Positions 45,850-50,261 of a stretch of 50,261 bases of DNA are shown one piece after another. The number at the start of each line of letters is the position of its first letter. The first letter of the stretch is position 1. Source of the DNA: a virus (taxonomy: Duplodnaviria > Caudoviricetes); IMG/VR virus record IMGVR_UViG_3300037508_000928, positions 1 through 50,261 of that record; one strand, 5' to 3'. A model generated the notes under the pieces. It was not told where the DNA came from, did no database searches, and saw only the letters and a program-made list of their open reading frames with translations. The translations under genes were made by a program, and so were the position numbers.

Positions 45850-46835
45850 TGGCCAACACGCGCCTGACAACGCCCGGTGAACTGGGGGATTCTCTGAAGA
45901 ATCTCTCCCGGTCCATTGAGTCTATCGCGCGCAAGATGGAGGCCGAGGAACGCTACTGGCAGTCCGAGCTTGCCCGAGGCGAGCACGCCCTGACACTCAA
46001 AACCCGCATGGACAATATGTTCGAGGGTACGAATGCCGAGCTTCGTCGGCTTGGTCAGGAGCTTGGCAACGAGTCCACGGCGCCATTGCTTTCGACGGTG
46101 TTCAAGACCCAGTGGCGCGCCGGGGTGAACAACTCCCTTCGCTACTTCACGACAGGGGCGAGCAACGGGCTGGTATTCACTTCGTCTGGCGCTGCCCAGG
46201 GGCTGGTGCTGATTGACTACCTCGACGTTGGCCCCAACTACGACATCTTCCTTGGGCTTGCCTTGAATGACGTGATCCGGGTTTCCGGCTGCTCTGAAGT
46301 TACCCATAACGGGTTGCGTTCCGTGCGCTGGGATGCGAAGGCAAAGGGCAACGGCGGCTCCGATTACGGGCTGACCCAGGGTGATTTCTCTGGTTCTGGC
46401 TCTGACTGGACTGGCGGTACGGATTGGACGGTGAACACGGGCGCGGGCATTTACACCTACGCTGCGGCTTCGCCCTCTACGCTGACCCAAGCGCTTGCCA
46501 GCATGACTACGACAGGCGCCTACGTGGTCCAGTTCACGGTGACGAAGATGAGTTCTGGAGTGGGGACGCTCCGCGCTTCCATCGGTGGGGACTACTACTG
46601 GGAAAAGACGTACACCGCTGATACTGCGGCAGCGAGGACATACAGCTTTGTGACCAACTCCCCGAGCACGACGCCGACGCTCACCTTTACGGCCACGCGC
46701 AGTTCTGGGGTGTTCTCGGTGACTATCGACAACGTGTACGTCTACGGCTATCAGGGGCTCGTGGTTTCTGAGGCTTTCCCGAGCGAAGAGACAGGGCTGA
46801 AGACCATCATCACACTGGAGCAGACGGCTGCATAG
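45849..46835 (+). CDS. Putative virion protein with C-terminal CBM-like domain
   Basis: Helical N-terminus; QGDFS..W...YVVQFTV...IDNV beta domain resembling the inserts at ~4950 and ~7730. Confidence 0.5.
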   Translation: MANTRLTTPGELGDSLKNLSRSIESIARKMEAEERYWQSELARGEHALTLKTRMDNMFEGTNAELRRLGQELGNESTAPLLSTVFKTQWRAGVNNSLRYFTTGASNGLVFTSSGAAQGLVLIDYLDVGPNYDIFLGLALNDVIRVSGCSEVTHNGLRSVRWDAKAKGNGGSDYGLTQGDFSGSGSDWTGGTDWTVNTGAGIYTYAAASPSTLTQALASMTTTGAYVVQFTVTKMSSGVGTLRASIGGDYYWEKTYTADTAAARTYSFVTNSPSTTPTLTFTATRSSGVFSVTIDNVYVYGYQGLVVSEAFPSEETGLKTIITLEQTAA

Positions 46836-46847
46836 AGGAACGATTCA

Positions 46848-47249
46848 ATGGACGTGACAGGATTTGCCATGCTGGCTCAGGCCCAGGACATCAACATGAC
46901 GGGCACGGTCGTCACGACCGACACCGACATTGGCTCCGCGCGGCTCGATAAGGGCGTTGAGATTGGTGTCTTCGAGGTGCTCAACAACAGTGCCACGAAG
47001 GCGCTCAACAACTTCGAGGTGTGGGTGAAGGCCCATGCTTCTGGTTCTTGGCGCTTGCTGGTGAGCGACTTCACGACCGAGGACAGCGTGATGCTCTGCT
47101 GCCCGGTTGCGGTTGATACGCTGGCGGCGGGAGCGGCTTCCATACTCATGCTTCGGACGGGCCCGATTGACGCGATCAAGTTTGTGGCTTCGACTTCCAG
47201 CGGCGGTGCTGCTGCGGCTTCGGTGACGGTACGAGGACGGATGCAGTAA
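46848..47249 (+). CDS. Putative small beta-sandwich virion protein
   Basis: GAGG RBS; 133-aa beta-rich protein. Confidence 0.5.
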   Translation: MDVTGFAMLAQAQDINMTGTVVTTDTDIGSARLDKGVEIGVFEVLNNSATKALNNFEVWVKAHASGSWRLLVSDFTTEDSVMLCCPVAVDTLAAGAASILMLRTGPIDAIKFVASTSSGGAAAASVTVRGRMQ

Positions 47250-47350
47250 TGACTGACCGCGTGTTCTGGATAGCAATTCGGCGCGCGTTGAAGATGGCCA
47301 TTTCGGCCATTGAGGTTCGATGGGGAATTATCCCCACCAAAGAAGGTTGA
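47249..47350 (+). CDS. 33-aa microprotein directly upstream of the RNA switch (not in ORF track)
   Basis: TAATG-coupled; MTDRVFWIAIRRALKMAISAIEVRWGIIPTKEG; stop 8 nt before the conserved motif. Confidence 0.7.
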   Translation: MTDRVFWIAIRRALKMAISAIEVRWGIIPTKEG

Positions 47351-47358
47351 CGAGAAAC

Positions 47359-47421
47359 ACATAGCCCCCACGGAAACGTCGCGGCGTACCACTCCCCGGA
47401 GTTGGTGCGCCGTTTTTGTTT
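47359..47421 (+). promoter_or_regulatory. Leader RNA switch copy 2 upstream of the large terminase gene
   Basis: ACATAGCCCCCACGGAAACGTCGCGGC, then terminator CGGCGTACCACTCC-CC-GGAGTTGGTGCGCCG-TTTTTGTTT. Confidence 0.75.
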
Positions 47422-47432
47422 GGAGTCTAACA

Positions 47433-49160
47433 GTGCCGAGAAAGAAGCGAGATGCCAAAGTACATGCGTGGGACTACGCCCAAGTAGCCCGCGAGCATGG
47501 CGTCACGCTCACGAACGACGCCGTGATGCAGGAGACGATTGTTCGTTGCCTGGAGCCCACGGGAGCGCGCGGCGATCTCGAATCCACTGGGACCGAGTTT
47601 TTCTCCCGCACCTTCTTCCCCGGCATGTTCAAGAAGCCCAACACCCATCAGCAGTACGAGTACCTTAGGCTGATTGACGATGACACGATCCCCTTCCTTG
47701 CCGTCCTCGCACGCCGCCGCTTTGCCAAGACCACGATTGGGCTTGGCTTCCTGACGCGGAGGCTTGCGCTCAGGTCGGAAAAGTTCATCCTGTACCACAG
47801 CGGCATTTACGACATTGCTGCCCAGCGCACAGAAGCCCTGAAGGGGATGCTGCTATCGCCACAGATTTCCGCCTATTTCGGGGACATGAACCCCGAGCGG
47901 TATCAGGGTCGGAGCCCAGCCTTCAGCAAAGACGCCTGGTTCCTCGTGAACCCGGCAACGAATACCCCTTTTGCCTGTGTGATGCCCAAGGGCGCACTTC
48001 AGGCCTGCAACGGGGCGCTGGCTCCCTTGGACGATGGTATGTCGCGCGTCACCCTCATCTGGGCGGACGACTCCCAGCCCCGCGCGAACATCGACAACGA
48101 AGCTGTGCGCCAGCGCTACGAAGACTGGGTATACGGCGAGCTCCTTCAGACGGTGGACAACGACGAGCAGCCGACCGGCAAAGACAGCCGCTGGGATGCC
48201 CCGGAGACTGGGGCTTGGACGGCGCCTTGGCGCGTCATTCTCAGCGACACCTGCAAGCACACAGACGCTTGGATGATGAATGCGCTGGCCGATGCTGAAT
48301 GGCATAGCCGGACGTATCCCCTGGCCATCGAGACTTCTCCTGGTGTGTATTCCAGCCTTGACGCCAATGTGTCGAACAAGAATGTTCAGGCGCTTGCCGC
48401 CCGCTTCAGGGCCCGCCCGGACGTTTTCGCCCGCGAGTACCTGTGCAAGCCCCGCTCCTCTGCCGAGAAGGGCTTCGACGAGAACTGGCTGAAGCACTAC
48501 AACGACCGGCGCGCTTCTCCCAATTGGGGTGAAGAACACAAGCGATTCCTTGTGGTTGACCCTGCCTGCACGAAGGATAAGAAGTCGGCCTGCACGTCGA
48601 TCCTTGGCTGTGCCGTCAATCCATACGGGCGCAAGATTCGTTTCCGCGACAACCTCGTTCGGAAGATGTACCCCGAGGAAATGTTCCGCAATCTCTTCGA
48701 CATGGCCCTCGCGCTCAAGACGCGCACGATTGCCGTTGAGGAAACAGGCGGCAGCAAGATGCTGCGCTACACCTTCGAGCAGGCCGCCAAGGCGCGCGGG
48801 CTTGGTGGCGAGATTCGCTGGATTTGGCTCAAGTCCAACCGTAGCGAGTACGACGGCGACGAGAGCATCAAGCAGCTTCGCGGCGAAATGCTGCTTCCTT
48901 ACTACGAAGACGGGCTGATTGAGCATGACGAATCCCTGCGCCATGGCCCGCTCGAACGTGCCCTGAAGCCTTTCCCCTTCTGCAAACAGTGGGACGCTGT
49001 GGATACCGCAGCGCACTCCCTGGCCGTGATGAAGGAAATGGGAATCCTCCTGCACCCGGACCCGAAGAAGGTGCTCTCTTTCGAGCTTGACGACTCGGAC
49101 GCCCGCAAAGACAAAGACCTTCAGGACTTCCTGAACAACCTCGAATGGTGTATGCCATGA
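47433..49160 (+). CDS. terL: Terminase large subunit
   Basis: GGAG RBS then GTG 47433; Walker A variant RRRFAKTT, Walker B IWADD, FAREY, nuclease VVDPA, AVEETG and WDAVD. Confidence 0.88.
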   Translation: MPRKKRDAKVHAWDYAQVAREHGVTLTNDAVMQETIVRCLEPTGARGDLESTGTEFFSRTFFPGMFKKPNTHQQYEYLRLIDDDTIPFLAVLARRRFAKTTIGLGFLTRRLALRSEKFILYHSGIYDIAAQRTEALKGMLLSPQISAYFGDMNPERYQGRSPAFSKDAWFLVNPATNTPFACVMPKGALQACNGALAPLDDGMSRVTLIWADDSQPRANIDNEAVRQRYEDWVYGELLQTVDNDEQPTGKDSRWDAPETGAWTAPWRVILSDTCKHTDAWMMNALADAEWHSRTYPLAIETSPGVYSSLDANVSNKNVQALAARFRARPDVFAREYLCKPRSSAEKGFDENWLKHYNDRRASPNWGEEHKRFLVVDPACTKDKKSACTSILGCAVNPYGRKIRFRDNLVRKMYPEEMFRNLFDMALALKTRTIAVEETGGSKMLRYTFEQAAKARGLGGEIRWIWLKSNRSEYDGDESIKQLRGEMLLPYYEDGLIEHDESLRHGPLERALKPFPFCKQWDAVDTAAHSLAVMKEMGILLHPDPKKVLSFELDDSDARKDKDLQDFLNNLEWCMP

Positions 49161-50261
49161 TCGCTGAGAAGACCAACATTTCAGCGGAATTGACCCGCAA
49201 AATGCGGGATAAGGCCAGCGGGCATTACCCGAAGGATGTTGACCTGCGCGTTGGCAGCAAGACGCACGACAAGCTGCTGAAGATGCTGGAGCGCTGCGCC
49301 GAACGAGGCTACAACGCCAACACCGAGATCATCCCGGAACTCCGGCAGGTAGACCGCCAGATTGACGGCTACATGGAGACGGATTGGTTCGACAAGCAGA
49401 TGTTAGGGCGCGACCCCCGGCGCCCGATGACGATTGTGTTCCCCATGGCCGCTGCCGGTAACAACCGCTGGCTCACGGCCATGCACAGGACTTTCAACAA
49501 GCAGGCGACTCTGCACCGCTACGAAGGACCGGGTGGGCGCCGCCGTGCTGCTGCTGCCGATGTCGCTGCCAAGGTCATTGGCTACCAGTCCTCGAAATTC
49601 CACGAGCGCCGCGCGAACGACATCCACTGGGGACAAGCCCACGACCATGGCCGCGCCTATATGTGGGGTAAGTGGTCCAAGAAAACCGCTCCTTCCTACA
49701 CGATAACGAAGGTGGACGACATCATGGCGCTCGTCATGGAGCAGCAAGGCCTTGATGGCTACGCTTCTGGCGACCTTGTGCGGCACCTGAGCGACGAGAC
49801 GGAAGTGATCTGCGAGGGGACGGAATGGAAGCCCCTCGACAATTACCAGGTGCTCACCGACCAGAGCCGCGCGCCCGACGAATTCCATCTGTCTGGCTTC
49901 TTCGGCTGGGTGGCGACCACTGACAGCCAGTTGCTTCTGAGCGAAGAGAGTGACCCTGAAGAGAACCTGTTCAACTGCGAGGCGCTTCATGCCTTCGTAA
50001 GCGAAGAGGGTGGCAAGAGCCGCTGGTGGCGCAGCCAAGTAGACAGGGAAGAGCGTGCAGGCGTTGACCCTGACGCGGCGATGAACCACGGCGGCGAGAG
50101 CACCGAGGTTCACGTCGTCTACCTCATCGTGCGGCTGATTCCCCGTGACTTCAATCTCAGCGACTCGAAGAAACCCCAGCTTTGGATGTTTGCCTTCGCC
50201 GCTGACAACGTGATCATCATGGCCCACCAGTTACGCCATCGCCATGGGGAGTTCCCCGTGG
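49157..50261 (+). CDS. Portal protein, N-terminal part (runs off the window end)
   Basis: ATGA-coupled to terL; 368 codons with no stop (translated by hand); continues in frame into base 1. Confidence 0.8.
   Translation, partial: MIAEKTNISAELTRKMRDKASGHYPKDVDLRVGSKTHDKLLKMLERCAERGYNANTEIIPELRQVDRQIDGYMETDWFDKQMLGRDPRRPMTIVFPMAAAGNNRWLTAMHRTFNKQATLHRYEGPGGRRRAAAADVAAKVIGYQSSKFHERRANDIHWGQAHDHGRAYMWGKWSKKTAPSYTITKVDDIMALVMEQQGLDGYASGDLVRHLSDETEVICEGTEWKPLDNYQVLTDQSRAPDEFHLSGFFGWVATTDSQLLLSEESDPEENLFNCEALHAFVSEEGGKSRWWRSQVDREERAGVDPDAAMNHGGESTEVHVVYLIVRLIPRDFNLSDSKKPQLWMFAFAADNVIIMAHQLRHRHGEFPV

Larger units (their letters stand above)
1..50261. mobile_element. Temperate tailed bacteriophage genome (podovirus-like virion module), circularly permuted, complete or nearly complete
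   Basis: Terminase, portal, capsid, tail, internal virion, integrase, repressor, replication and lysis modules are all present. No host housekeeping genes. The portal ORF is split across the window ends. Confidence 0.95.

Noticed and set aside
28737-47432. Upstream starts given by the ORF track for int (28737), repressor (30870), RusA (42012), TerS-like (43519) and TerL (47310)
   Set aside because: The extensions run through promoters, att or RNA structures or other genes; downstream starts have an RBS, coupling or better context.
261-50227. Many long antisense ORFs (e.g. 3529-4662, 8169-9311, 12392-13585, 32964-34292, 47853-49055)
   Set aside because: Shadow frames of GC-rich genes; no RBS or recognisable motifs.
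1-50261. Diversity-generating retroelement, retron, intein or intron
   Set aside because: No reverse transcriptase (YxDD), intein splice motifs or template/variable repeat pair recognised.

Overview
The window is a complete or nearly complete ~50 kb temperate tailed-phage genome with podovirus-type virion genes, opened inside the portal gene (the end joins base 1 in frame). Order: portal, scaffold, two decoration-like genes, major capsid, head-tail adaptor, three paralogous tail genes, ejection proteins, and a 4687-aa polyvalent internal virion protein (transglycosylase, two HExxH domains, N6-methylase plus SNF2 helicase of DarB type, LPD38-like end). These are followed by an attP-like region, tyrosine integrase, immunity switch, Sak4/SSB/helicase/primase replication module, a leftward early micro-gene cassette, RusA, lysis genes and the terminases. 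Most notable unexplained elements: (1) a conserved antiterminator/terminator RNA switch repeated before the capsid and large terminase genes, one copy directly behind a 33-aa microprotein gene; (2) a 46-aa leader-plus-core-like peptide gene behind the repressor; (3) a 110-aa gene overprinted inside the giant protein just before its methylase domain. All family assignments come from motif recognition by eye, not database searches.
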